64,000 nt of DNA from an uncultured Thermoleophilia bacterium (GTDB lineage Bacteria; Actinomycetota; Thermoleophilia; UBA2241). The notes below the pieces were generated by a model. That model was given only the letters and a program-made list of their open reading frames with translations, did no database searches and was not told where the DNA came from. A program made the position numbers and the translations under genes. Where the stretch lies: the NCBI GenBank assembly GCA_963848545.1, contig CAWKEZ010000110.1, forward strand, positions 8,979 to 72,978, in the 5' to 3' direction. The number at the start of each line of letters is the position of its first letter. Position 1 is the stretch's first letter. Positions 52,648-63,505 of the stretch are shown piece after piece.

Positions 52648-53580
52648 ATGATCAAGCTCTTCTTCGTCACCGACGTGCACGGCTCGAACGTCTGCTACCG
52701 CAAGTTCCTGAACGCCCTGCCGATCTACGGCGTCGATGTCGCCGTGATGCTCGGCGACCTCACCGGCAAGGTGCTCGTGCCCTTAGTCGAGAAGGGCAAC
52801 GACGCCTGGGAGTGCACCCTCATGGGTCAGCACCGCGACATCGCCAGCAAAGAGGAGCTCGCCGAGTACAAGAAGGTCATCGAGAACGCCGGCTACTACT
52901 GGGTCCACCAGAGCCGCGAGGAGTTCGAGGAGACGCGCGCCGACCCGGCCAAGATCGACACGCTCTTCAAGAGCCTCGTCTTTACGCGCGTGCAGGAGTG
53001 GCTCGACTTAGCCGACGAGCGCCTCGAGGGCAAGCCCTACGAGATGTACATGTGCCCCGGCAACGACGACTGGTTCGTGATCGACGACATGATCGACGCC
53101 GCCAAGCTGATCCACCCCTGCGACAAGCGCGTGGTCGACGTCGGCGGCCACGAGATGGTGACCAGCTCGGCCTCCAACCCGACGCCCTGGGATACCCCCC
53201 GCGAGATGAGCGAGGTCGACCTCGAGGCGCACCTGCGCGCCCTCACCGAGCAGATCAAAAACCAGGAGACGGCGATCTACAACTTCCACGTGCCGCCCTA
53301 CGGCTACTCGCTCGACCTCTGCCCCAAGCTCGACGAGAACCTCACCATGGCGGCCGAGGAGAAGATCCACGCCGGCAGCCTGGGCGCCAAGAAGCTGATC
53401 GAGGAGAACCAGCCGCTGCTCGGCCTCTTCGGCCACATCCACGAGAGCCGTGGTGCCCAGAAGGCCGGCCGCACGCTGCTCATCAACCCCGGCAGCGAGT
53501 ACTCCGAGGGCATCTTGAAAGGTGTTATCGTCATGCTCGACAAGAAGAAGGTGAAAGACTACGTCTTCACGTCGGGCTGA
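52648..53580 (+). CDS. calcineurin-like metallophosphoesterase
   Basis: DVHG (motif I), GDLTG, GNDD, GHIHE motifs; intact 310-aa ORF; lower GC than surroundings. Confidence 0.7.
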   Translation: MIKLFFVTDVHGSNVCYRKFLNALPIYGVDVAVMLGDLTGKVLVPLVEKGNDAWECTLMGQHRDIASKEELAEYKKVIENAGYYWVHQSREEFEETRADPAKIDTLFKSLVFTRVQEWLDLADERLEGKPYEMYMCPGNDDWFVIDDMIDAAKLIHPCDKRVVDVGGHEMVTSSASNPTPWDTPREMSEVDLEAHLRALTEQIKNQETAIYNFHVPPYGYSLDLCPKLDENLTMAAEEKIHAGSLGAKKLIEENQPLLGLFGHIHESRGAQKAGRTLLINPGSEYSEGILKGVIVMLDKKKVKDYVFTSG

Positions 53581-53642
53581 TCGTCACGAGACGGAGAAGC
53601 AGCGCGAAGACCCAGATCCCGAAAGGGGGGCGATAGCAAGAT

Positions 53643-54449
53643 ATGGGACAGTTCATACTCCCGAAGGACATACCGCTCGACCGGTATCCCAAACCCGAGG
53701 TGTTTCTCGATGAGGGCAAGCGGATCGCGGAGGCGGCCCAGAAGCAGGGCATCGTCATGCGCGTCATGGGTCCGTTGGCGCTGCACTACTACTTCCCCGA
53801 CCAGATAGATCTGTACGCGAGTCTCGAGCGCCTCGGTGAGCGTTACTTCACCGATATCGACTACGCCACCTACGGCAAGACGCGCAAGCACCTGGTGAAG
53901 TTCATGGAGTCGGTGGGCTACGAGTGCGACCTGCAGACGATGGCCATGACCGGCACCACGCGCCACATCTACTTCGGCGGCAAGGTGCCCATGATCGACG
54001 TCTTCATCGACAAGCTCGACTACTGCCACGAGGTCAACTACGACGGTCGCCTGGAGCTCGATCCCTGGAGCGTGTCGCTGGCCGACATCCTCCTGCAGAA
54101 GCTGCAGATCTGGGAGATCAACGACAAGGACCTCAAAGACATCGAGTACCTTTTCACGGTCGCCGACTTCGGCGAAGACGATACTAAGAAGGTCAACGTC
54201 GGCTACATCGCACGGCGGTTCGCCGACGACTGGGGCTTCTGGTACACCGGCACCACGAACCTCCAGCGTGTCAAGGATCATGTGGACAACGTCGCCGCCC
54301 TGAGCGACGAGCAGAAGGCCAAGATCAAGCAGGTCTCCGACAACGTGAAGGGCCGCATCGACCAGGAGCCGAAGACCAAGAAGTGGGACAAGCGCTCCAA
54401 GAAGGGCACCAAGAAGCTCTGGTACAACACAGGCTTCTCCGACTGGTGA
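53643..54449 (+). CDS. hypothetical protein (268 aa), Lys-rich C-terminus
   Basis: Intact ORF, lower GC, no confident domain (weak G...DxD-like MGPLALHYY...TDIDYAT). Confidence 0.4.
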   Translation: MGQFILPKDIPLDRYPKPEVFLDEGKRIAEAAQKQGIVMRVMGPLALHYYFPDQIDLYASLERLGERYFTDIDYATYGKTRKHLVKFMESVGYECDLQTMAMTGTTRHIYFGGKVPMIDVFIDKLDYCHEVNYDGRLELDPWSVSLADILLQKLQIWEINDKDLKDIEYLFTVADFGEDDTKKVNVGYIARRFADDWGFWYTGTTNLQRVKDHVDNVAALSDEQKAKIKQVSDNVKGRIDQEPKTKKWDKRSKKGTKKLWYNTGFSDW

Positions 54450-54573
54450 TAGGCCGTGGCCGGCGTGCCCTCCGGGCACGGCGGCGCACACCGACTCTAC
54501 TCGAGAGGGCCGGGGCGCCTACAGCGCCCCGGCCCTTCTGTTCTCGTGTAAAGCGTGTCGCGCCGGCCGCGCG

Positions 54574-55965
54574 TCAGTGCGCGACGAGCGTGCCCTGACG
54601 GTCGAGCTCACGCACCCCGGTCAGCGCCCCGCCGAGGCGCTCCACCACCTGGTCCATCTGCGCATAAGTGATGATCGCCGGCGGCTCCAGCCTGAACGTG
54701 TGGGCGTTGAAGAGCGTGCCGCCCACCAGGACCCCCCTGGCGAACAGGTCCTGGCTCACGGCGTAGCCGATCTCGGTGCTCTTGAACTGCAGCCCGATGA
54801 GCATGCCGAGGCCGCGGATCTCCGTGAACAGGTCGTCGTAGTCGGCGGCCAGCGCCTCGACCTTGCCCTTCAGATAGGCGCCCTTCTCGCGAGCCTGCCC
54901 GGGGATGTCTTCTTCGAGGGTGGCATGCAGCGCGGCAATAGCCGCCGAGGTGGCCATGGGGTTGCCACCGAAGGTGGTGGAGTGCATGTAGGGGTTCTCG
55001 AACATGCATTCATACACGTCGGCGGTGGAGATGATGTTGCCGCACGGGATCACGGCGCCGCCGAGTGCCTTGCCCATCGTCATGATGTCGGGGGCCACGT
55101 CCCAGTGGTCGATGCCCCAGAGCGTGCCCGTGCGGCCCATGCCGGTCTGGACTTCGTCGGCGATGAACAGAATGCCCCATTTGTCGCAGATCTCGCGCAC
55201 CTTGGGGAAGTAGTCGTCGGGCGGGACGATGGCGCCAGCCTCGCCCTGCACGGGCTCGGCGATGAACGCCGCGATGTCGAAGCCGATGGCGTCGCAGACG
55301 GAGAGCTCCTTGTCGAGCGCGTCGGCGTCGCCGTAGGGCACGAAGCGCACGCCGGGCATGAGCGGGTAGAAGGGCTCGCGAAACTCGGCCTTGCCGCTGA
55401 CGCTCAGGCTGCCGAACGACTTTCCGTGGAATCCCTTGGTTGTGGCGATCATGCCCTTGGTGTGGCCGGGCTTCTTGCGCCAGGCGTGCAACTTGGCGAA
55501 CTTCATGGCGCCCTCGTTGGCCTCGGTTCCCGAGTTGCAGAGGAACGAGTACTGCAGGTCGCCCGGCGTGACCGTGGCCAGGATGTGGCTCAGGTAGCCC
55601 CTCATGGGGTCCAATAGTTCCTGCGAATGCAGCGCCTGGTGCTCGAGCTGGTCCCTGACCGCTTTCACCACAGTTGGATGACGATGGCCGAGCATGTAGA
55701 TGCCGAAGCCACCAAGGCAGTCGATGAACTCCTTGCCGTGGATGTCTCGGAAGAGTGAGCCCTCGTCGCTCCACTCCACTGACGTGTAGTCGCTGGACAC
55801 CGACTTGCGGTACTCGAGAATCCCGGGGTTGACGTATTTGTCGAAGTTGGCTACGCAGTCCGCCACAACGGCATCCTGCTCACCGCGGCTTAGTGCTGAT
55901 TTGGACATCAGATCAAGCGCTTTGCGCGACTCTCGTAGGGCCGCCTGCTTCTCTGCATCCTTCAT
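54574..55965 (-). CDS. class-III aminotransferase, putrescine aminotransferase (PatA/YgjG)-like
   Basis: MKDAEKQAALRESRKALDLMSKS...; PLP site ...FIADEVQTGMGRTG...TMGKALGG; 463 aa; GGGGGA RBS. Confidence 0.75.
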   Translation of the reverse strand: MKDAEKQAALRESRKALDLMSKSALSRGEQDAVVADCVANFDKYVNPGILEYRKSVSSDYTSVEWSDEGSLFRDIHGKEFIDCLGGFGIYMLGHRHPTVVKAVRDQLEHQALHSQELLDPMRGYLSHILATVTPGDLQYSFLCNSGTEANEGAMKFAKLHAWRKKPGHTKGMIATTKGFHGKSFGSLSVSGKAEFREPFYPLMPGVRFVPYGDADALDKELSVCDAIGFDIAAFIAEPVQGEAGAIVPPDDYFPKVREICDKWGILFIADEVQTGMGRTGTLWGIDHWDVAPDIMTMGKALGGAVIPCGNIISTADVYECMFENPYMHSTTFGGNPMATSAAIAALHATLEEDIPGQAREKGAYLKGKVEALAADYDDLFTEIRGLGMLIGLQFKSTEIGYAVSQDLFARGVLVGGTLFNAHTFRLEPPAIITYAQMDQVVERLGGALTGVRELDRQGTLVAH

Positions 55966-56140
55966 TCGTTTCCCCCATCGCGTTGCGGTGTTGACCGAAA
56001 AACTCCCCATTTGCGGTATAGTTCGTACATCCGACCGAGCGTCATCCGACTGTAACGCGAAAACGGCTCGGCCGCAATGCTGTACTTGGGGGCGGGGTGG
56101 GGTGGGCCCTGATGGTAAGGTTCTGCGTGCAGAGGTGTAC

Positions 56141-56812
56141 ATGACTACGGAACGAGACAAGCCCCCGCTCGACCCCATGGCCGAGCTTTCGCCTACGGCA
56201 CGCCGCCTGGTGACGGCGGCGCGTCGGCTGCTCGCTCGTGACGGCTTCGCGGCGCTCACCGTGGAAGGCGTGGCCGCCGAAGCGGGCGCCTATCGCGATT
56301 CGGTACGCTACTACTTCGGCAGCAAGGCAGCCTTCATCGCCGCGGTGGTTGACTCCCTGGCTCACGACCAGAGCGTCGCGGCCTTTGCCGAGACGCAGGG
56401 GCTGCCGGCGGGCGCGCCCCGCGTACACACGTTGGTGGCGAGCGATCGTCAGCTTGTCGACGATCGCGCCGGGTTCCGCGACTTCTTCGCGATCTTCCCT
56501 CACGTCATCGCGGACGAGGAGCTCCGCACCAGGGTCGCGGGCCTCTACGACTGGTATCGCGACCTGTACGTGGCGGGCATGGGGGAGAACGCCTCGGACG
56601 AGCGCAGAGAGCTTCTGCGCAGCGTCGCCTCGCTGATGGTGGCGGTGACCGACGGACTAGCCGTGCAGAAGCTCCTCGATCCTTCCAAGGTCGACCTCGA
56701 ACCGCTCTTCGAGCTGTGGGAGCGCATCCTGCGGCGCGAGCTCCTCGACGACGCGGGCAATGCCCGTGAGGGCGAAGACCGTGGAGAAGACGCCGCCCAC
56801 CAGGGGAGCTAG
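56141..56812 (+). CDS. TetR-family transcriptional regulator
   Basis: N-terminal HTH ...ARRLLARDGFAALTVEGVAAEAGAYRDSVRYYFGSKAAFIAAV. Confidence 0.75.
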   Translation: MTTERDKPPLDPMAELSPTARRLVTAARRLLARDGFAALTVEGVAAEAGAYRDSVRYYFGSKAAFIAAVVDSLAHDQSVAAFAETQGLPAGAPRVHTLVASDRQLVDDRAGFRDFFAIFPHVIADEELRTRVAGLYDWYRDLYVAGMGENASDERRELLRSVASLMVAVTDGLAVQKLLDPSKVDLEPLFELWERILRRELLDDAGNAREGEDRGEDAAHQGS

Positions 56813-57016
56813 CGCGCCGCCACGGCTCCTGGCGTGCCGCCACGGCGCCTAGCCAGCGCCGAGGATTCCCTGCGGTGATCTCCGCTGGGTACGTGTCGTA
56901 CGGCACATTTACAGGACCGGCACCGTGGTGTACGCTCGCGCCGTGTGCGCGGGGCCACATGGGGGGCTCCGCCGGCCGCAAGGCCAGCACCGGGCACTAA
57001 AGCAGGAGGGTCAGTA

Positions 57017-57220
57017 GTGGCGCAGGGGACGGTGAAGTGGTTCAGCAACGAGAAGGGGTATGGCTTCATCGAACGGGAAGACGGTGATGACCTGTTCGTG
57101 CACTACTCCGAGATCACGATGGACGGGTACAAGACACTCGCCCAAGGGCAGCGTGTGGAGTTCGAGGTCACCGAGGGCGACAAGGGGTTGCAAGCCTCTA
57201 CGGTGAGGCCCGTTGCCTGA
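57017..57220 (+). CDS. cspA: cold-shock protein (CspA family)
   Basis: [15 protein letters not shown]...DLFVHYSEI (RNP1/RNP2); AGGAGGG RBS; long 5' UTR. Confidence 0.9.
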   Translation: MAQGTVKWFSNEKGYGFIEREDGDDLFVHYSEITMDGYKTLAQGQRVEFEVTEGDKGLQASTVRPVA

Positions 57221-57239
57221 CACACGCGGCACGTGCGCA

Positions 57240-57280
57240 GGGGCCCGCCCGCTGTCATAAGCCGGCGGGCCCCTTTCTTG
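57240..57280 (+). terminator. rho-independent terminator after csp (10-bp GC stem + TTTCTT)
   Basis: GGGGCCCGCC-N14-GGCGGGCCCC-TTTCTT. Confidence 0.6.
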
Positions 57281-57347
57281 TCCCTCCTGTGTGGCTGGAG
57301 TAGTATAGCCGTCCCGCTTTTGCGGCCCGTCGCAGGAGGAATGCGCC

Positions 57348-57629
57348 ATGATCGGGGAAGACGACGTCCGCTATGTAGCCAAGCTCGCGCGACTCCGGCT
57401 CGAGCAGGACGAGGTCGTCCAGATGACGGACGAGCTCGCCACCATCTTGGCCCACATCGACAAGATGGCCGAGCTCGATACCACCGCGGTGCCGCCCACC
57501 GCGCACGTGCTCGATGTCGTCAACGTCCTGCGTACGGATCGCGCCCGGGAGGGTCTGTCGCGGGCCGACGCGTTGCGCAACGCTCCGGCCGTGAGCGACG
57601 ACTGCTTCCGCGTGCCGAGGATGGGTTGA
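57348..57629 (+). CDS. gatC: Asp/Glu-tRNA amidotransferase subunit C
   Basis: 93 aa, ...VRYVAKLARLRLEQDEV... Confidence 0.85.
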   Translation: MIGEDDVRYVAKLARLRLEQDEVVQMTDELATILAHIDKMAELDTTAVPPTAHVLDVVNVLRTDRAREGLSRADALRNAPAVSDDCFRVPRMG

Positions 57630-57631
57630 CG

Positions 57632-59166
57632 GTGAGTGCTCTCGACCCTCTGCGGCTCACCGCTCGCGAGGCCAAGCGCTTGCTCGTCGACGGCGAGGTC
57701 TCGGCGGCCGAGCTCACCAAGGTGTACCTCGACCAGATCGCTGCGGCAGAACCTCGCGTGCGCGCCTACATCCGGGTAACGCACGACAACGCCGCCAAGT
57801 ACTCCACCAAGGTCGATCGCGAGATGCAGGCCATGCGCGGTCCCCTCGCGGGGCTGCCCATCGCCATCAAAGACAACATGGTCACCGAAGGCGTGACCAC
57901 CACCTGCGCCTCGCGGATCCTGCACAACTACATGCCGGTGTACACGGCCACCGCCGTGCGTCAGGTATGGGACGACCACGTCGTCATGCTCGGCAAGACC
58001 AACCTCGACGAGTTCGCCATGGGCTCGTCGACCGAGAACTCCTCATATCACGAGACGCGCAACCCGTGGGACCTCGCCACCGTGCCCGGCGGCTCCAGCG
58101 GCGGCTCCGCCGCCGCCGTGGCCGCCGGTGAGGCGTTGTGGGCGCTGGGCAGCGACACGGGTGGCTCTATCAGGCAACCTGCGGCGCTCTGTGGCATCGT
58201 CGGCATGAAGCCCACGTACGGCGCCGTGAGCCGCTACGGCCTGGTGGCCTTCGCCAGTTCGCTCGATCAGATAGGGCCGCTCGCCCGCTCGGTGTACGAC
58301 TGCGCCTTGCTGTTGCAGCACATCGTGGGCCGCGATCCTCGCGACGCGACCAGCATCGACCTGCCCGAGCCGGTGCGCCTGCCCGACGCAGCGCGCCTCG
58401 ACGGTCTGCGCGTAGGCATCCCGGTCGAGTACCTCGCGACCGGCATCGATCCCGGTGTGCGGGCGCGGTTCGACGAGACCATCGCGCGCGTGGAGGAGCT
58501 GGGCGGCACGTGCCGCGAGGTGAGCCTGCCGCACACCGAGTACGCGTTGCCGGCCTACTACTCATCGCGCCGGCCGAGGCCAGCGCCAATCTCGCGCGGT
58601 TCGATGGTGTGCGCTATGGCTATCGCTGCGACGCGCCGGTGGATTTGCTGGACATGTATGAGCGCACCCGTGGCGAGGGCTTCGGCCGCGAGGTGAAGCG
58701 GCGCATCATGATTGGCACCTACGCGCTCTCGGCTGGGTACTATGACGCCTACTACGGACGCGCCCAGAAGGTGCGCACGCTGGTGAGTGGCGATTTCACC
58801 CGCGCCTTCACCGAGGTCGACCTCATCGCCTCGCCCACCTCGCCCACGGTGGCGTTCAAGGCTGGGTCGCGCACCAGCGATCCGCTCTCCATGTACCTAT
58901 GCGACGTGTGCACCATCCCGGTCAATCTTGCGGGTCTGCCCGCCATCAGCATCCCCTGTGGCCTCAGCGACGGGCTGCCGGTGGGCTTTCAGCTCATCGG
59001 GCCCGCCTTCAGCGAGAACCGCATCCTGCAAGCGGCGCACGCCCTGGAAGGGGCCATCGGCTTCGCCGCGGTGCCCACGTTCGGCGATTCCTCGGCGGGC
59101 GCCGACGCCGGGTCGGCTACGCCCGGCGCGCCTCACGGTCCCGATCACGAGGGGGCGCCGTCGTGA
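57632..59166 (+). CDS. gatA: Asp/Glu-tRNA amidotransferase subunit A, 1-nt deletion ~58562
   Basis: Amidase signature [14 protein letters not shown]...; ...[28 protein letters not shown] continues in ORF 58138..59166. Confidence 0.85.
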
Positions 59167-60620
59167 CCGCCTGGGAGCCCGTTGTCGGCCTCCAGAGATG
59201 CACGTCGAGCTTGACACCCAGACCAAGATGTTCTGCGGCTGCCGGGTCACCAATGGCGACGACCCCAACACGCATACCTGCCCCGTCTGCCTGGCGCACC
59301 CCGGGGCGCTGCCCCGTGCCCAATCAGCGCGCGGTGGAGTCTGCGGCGCGCATCGCTCTGGCGCTCAACTGCACCGTGACTCGGCGCACCATCTTTCACC
59401 GCAAGAACTACTTTTATCCCGACTCGCCGAAGGCGTACCAGATCAGCCAGTACGACGAACCCCTCGCAGTGAACGGCTGGTTTGAGTACTGGGTGGGCGA
59501 GGAGAAGCTGCGCTGTCGTATCAACCGCGTCCACATGGAAGAAGACGCCGCCAAGCTCGTGCACGCCGGCGGCGACGCCGGCCGCATCGCCGGCTCAGAC
59601 TTCGTCGATGGTCGACTTCAACCGCGGCGGTACGCCGCTCATCGAGATCGTGAGCGAGCCGACATCCCGTCGCCAGAGGCGGCCCGCGAGTTCTTGCAGC
59701 AGCTCCGCAACCTCGTCATCGAGCTCGGCGTGAGCGAGTGCGACATGGAGGAGGGTCAGATCCGCTGGGACGCCAACGTGAGCGTGCGGGCGGCGGGCAG
59801 CGAGGTCCTCGGCACGCGCACCGAACTCAAGAACATGAACAGCTTCCGCTATCTGCAGCAGGCCCTCGAGGCCGAGATACCGCGGCAGATCGCGATCCTC
59901 GAGGCGGGGGGCAACGTCGATCTGGAGACGCTGCACTTCGACCCCGACACGGGCACCACGACCCCGCTGCGCTCCAAGGAAGAGGCGCACGACTATCGCT
60001 ACTTCCCGGAGCCGGACCTCGTGCCGCTGGTCATCGACGTGGCCTGGGTGGAGGAGCTGCGGGCGACGCAGCCGGAGCTGCCGGCGGCGCGAGTGGCGCG
60101 TTTCACGGCGCAATACGGCCTCTCGCGTGGCGACGCCCTGGTGCTGGGCAGCGCGCACGGTCTTGCCGATTTCTACGAGGAAGTCGTTGGCCTTGGCGTG
60201 GGTGCCAAGCCGGCGGCCAATTGGACGATGGGCGAGTACCTCGCCCATCTCGATGCCGCCGGCCTCGAGGCCGGCCACGGTCATGCGACCGCCGAGCGGC
60301 TGGCCAAGCTGGTAACGCTGGTGGAGAACGGCACTCTCTCGTCGAGTGCCGCCAAAGATGTGTTCGCGAAGATGATCGAGGAGCGTGCCGAGCCCGAGGC
60401 GGTGGCGGAGAAGTACGGCCTCGGCCAGATCAGCGATACGGCGCAGCTCGCCGCGGCGGTGGCCGCCGTGGTGGCCGCCAACCCTGGTCAGGTTGAGCAG
60501 TATCGCGCCGGCAAGCAGCAGGTGCTGGGGTTCTTCGTCGGCCAAGTGATGAAGGCCACCGGCGGCCGTGCCAACCCGCAGGTCGTGAACGATCTGCTGC
60601 GTAAGCACCTGGAGGGCTGA
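59163..60620 (+). CDS. gatB: Asp/Glu-tRNA amidotransferase subunit B, at least three indels (~59200, ~59300, ~59595/59660)
   Basis: WEPVVGL...[39 protein letters not shown]..., [25 protein letters not shown] spread across three frames; GTGA overlap with gatA. Confidence 0.85.
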   Translation: MTAWEPVVGLQRCTSSLTPRPRCSAAAGSPMATTPTRIPAPSAWRTPGRCPVPNQRAVESAARIALALNCTVTRRTIFHRKNYFYPDSPKAYQISQYDEPLAVNGWFEYWVGEEKLRCRINRVHMEEDAAKLVHAGGDAGRIAGSDFVDGRLQPRRYAAHRDRERADIPSPEAAREFLQQLRNLVIELGVSECDMEEGQIRWDANVSVRAAGSEVLGTRTELKNMNSFRYLQQALEAEIPRQIAILEAGGNVDLETLHFDPDTGTTTPLRSKEEAHDYRYFPEPDLVPLVIDVAWVEELRATQPELPAARVARFTAQYGLSRGDALVLGSAHGLADFYEEVVGLGVGAKPAANWTMGEYLAHLDAAGLEAGHGHATAERLAKLVTLVENGTLSSSAAKDVFAKMIEERAEPEAVAEKYGLGQISDTAQLAAAVAAVVAANPGQVEQYRAGKQQVLGFFVGQVMKATGGRANPQVVNDLLRKHLEG

Positions 60621-60967
60621 AGCCCAAGTCGTCCGACCCGTGGCGGCTCCGCATGGTGAGGCGACGAAGTGCGCCTCGCCGGTTCATTCGCCGGCATCAG
60701 CTGCGAAAGGCGGGGCATTCGCTGGCTGCATCCGACGCCACACACATCCAGTCAGCAACTTGTCCATGTACACCCCCGATGCCTTCTGGCACCGGGGCAC
60801 GACTTGCCTGCCCGAGGCCGCCTGTGGAACAATGCAGTGACGAGCAGTTCTCTAGCGTACTGCCGAGTATCACGAGTCGGTCTCCTCTCACACCGCGTGC
60901 ATCACGAGGTGAAGTCGTCCCCCGAGGCGTCCCTCACGGCGGCGCCCGCTCACCGAGGTAGGTGGTA

Positions 60968-62240
60968 ATGACCAGCGACCTTTCCAGCTTTGTGATCGCC
61001 AGTGCCCGACCTGCCGCAGTGCCCGCGGTGCGCGTCGACGACACCACCCTGCGCGACGGCGAACAAACCGCCGGCGTGGTCTTCTCCAACCACGAAAAGG
61101 TGCGCATCGCCAGGCTGCTGGACGAGGTGGGCGTACACCAGATCGAGGTTGGCATCCCGGCCATGGGCGGCGACGAGAAAGAAACGATCAAGCAGATCGT
61201 CAAGCTGGGGCTGGATACCTCCATCCTCGCCTGGAACCGCGCCGTGATCGAAGACATCAAGCACTCCATCAACTGCGGTGTCGATGCGGTGGCCATCTCG
61301 ATGTCGGCCAGCGACATCCACATCGAGCACAAGCTTCAGAAGTCACGCCAATGGGTGCTCGACCAGATCCGCGAGTGTGTGGCGTTCGCCAAGAGCCACA
61401 ACCTGTACGTCTCGGTGAACGCCGAAGACGCCTCGCGCGCCGACCTCGAAGTTTCTGCTGCGCTTCGGCCAGGCCGGCAAGGAGGAGGGCGCCGACCGCC
61501 TGCGCTTCTGCGACACGTTGGGCATCCTCGACCCGTTCGACACCTATAACGTCATCGCGTTCCTCAAGAGAGAGGGCGGGTTCGACATAGAGATGCACAC
61601 GCACGACGACTTCGGCATGGCTACCGCCAACGCGTTGGCCGGCATCAAGGCTGGAGCGACCTACGTGAATACCACTGTGAACGGCCTCGGCGAGCGTGCC
61701 GGCAACGCGGCGCTCGAAGAGGTGGTCATGGCGCTCAAGTACATCGGCAAGGTCGACATGGGCCTGCACACCAGTCGCTTCCGCGAGCTCAGCGAGTACG
61801 TGGCGGCGGCCTCGGCGCGCACCGTCCCGTCCTGGAAGAGCATCGTGGGCACCAATGTGTTCGCGCACGAGAGCGGCATTCACGCCGACGGCGTCATCAA
61901 GAACCCGCTGAACTACGAGGCCTTCGCCCCCGAAGACGTGGGGTTGGAGCGCCAGATCGTGGTGGGCAAGCACTCCGGCTCGCGCACCATCTACCGCAAG
62001 TTCCAGGAGTTCGGCCTGGAGCTCTCGCAGGCCGATTGCGAGGGCATCCTGGCCCTGGTGCGGCAGACCGCGGTTGAGCTCAAGAGGGCCCTATTCGACA
62101 AGGAGCTCATGTACGTCTACCAGGACTACCTCGGGAGGCTCGGCGACTCGGTGCCCATGGGCAACGGCGTCTCGGCCGACGACTCTCAGATCGCCGCGGC
62201 CGCCCAGGAGGCCGCCGGCGCGGCCGAGGTGCCTTCGTGA
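60968..62240 (+). CDS. LeuA/NifV-family synthase (short form: 2-isopropylmalate / homocitrate / citramalate synthase), frameshift ~61445
   Basis: VDDTTLRDGEQTAGVVF... (DRE-TIM), HTHDDFGMATANALAGIKAGA, no C-terminal LeuA regulatory domain. Confidence 0.7.
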
Positions 62241-63492
62241 CGGAACTCACGCTGGCCGAGAAGATACTCGCCGCGCACGCCGGGCTCACCGAGGTGGTGC
62301 CCGGTCAGATCGTCGTCGCCGAGGTAGATGTAGCTATCGCTCAAGACGGCACCGGGCCGCTCGCCATCCAGCAGATCGAAGCGCTCAACGGCGGCGCTGT
62401 GAAGGCGCCCACCTGCGTGTTCTTCATCGACCACGCCGCACCGGCGCCGCGCAGCGAGCTGGCCACCGCGCAGAAGACGATCAGGGCGTTCTGCGCTTCG
62501 TCCGGTGCCACGCTCAGCGACATCGAGATGGGCGTCTGCCATCAGCGCGTGGCGGAGAGCTTCGCGCGGCCTGGCGATCTGGTGATCGGCGCCGACTCGC
62601 ACACGTGTATGGCCGGCGCCTTGGGGGCGTTCGCCACGGGCATGGGCAGCACCGATGTGGCCGTGGGCATGGCCAGCGGCAAGACGTGGCTGCGCGTGCC
62701 GGAGACGTTGCGCGTCGAAGTCCTCGGCGCGTTGCCGGACGGCGTTGAGGCCAAAGACCTCATCCTCACGCTGATCGGCACGCTGGGCGCGGACGGCGCC
62801 ACCTACAAAGCGCTCGAATTTGGAGGGCCGGGCATCGCCGCGTTGCCGATGCCCGGGCGCTTCACGCTCAGCAACATGGCGGTCGAGGCCGGCGCCAAAG
62901 TGGGGCTCATGCCCAGCGACAACTCGACCCGCGCCTTCCTCGCCGAGCTCGGCCGTGAGGCCGACTGGCGGCCTCTGGCGGCCGATCACGGCGCTGCCTA
63001 CGAGCGCGTGGTCAGCCTCGACGCCGGCGGCATGGTACCCATGGTGGCGAGGCCGCACACCGTCGACAACACCGCGCCGGCGGCCGATCTCAAGGGCACC
63101 AAGATCGACCAAGTGCTGATCGGCACGTGCACCAACGGTCGTCTCGCCGACCTGCGCGCGGCGGCGCGCCTGCTGCGCGGTCGGCGGCGCGCCGCGTACA
63201 CCCGCCTGATCGTCACCCCGGCCTCTCAGGCGGTGGCCAGGGCGGCTCTCGCCGAGGGCCTCTTCGAGCTCTTCTGGGACGCCGGCGCCGTCATCACCAA
63301 CCAGGCTGCGGTGCCTGCGTGGGCGTCCACGAGGGCATCCTGGCCGACGGCGAGGCCTGCCTGAGCACCGCCAATCGCAACTTCCGCGGACGAATGGGTA
63401 ATCCCGAGGCGTCTATCTACCTGGGCTCGCCGGCCACAGCGGCCGCCACGGCCGTGGCCGGCGAGATCAGCGATCCTCGCGAGCTTCTCTAG
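62237..63492 (+). CDS. aconitase-family dehydratase large subunit (LeuC / homoaconitase-like), frameshift ~63310; no small subunit follows
   Basis: GTGA overlap with upstream synthase; ...[18 protein letters not shown]...; C-terminal ...[32 protein letters not shown] in ORF 63127..63492. Confidence 0.7.
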
Positions 63493-63505
63493 AAAGGAGG
63501 AGGCC

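Noticed and set aside
54577-55617. 346-aa plus-strand ORF
   Set aside because: Antisense to the aminotransferase.
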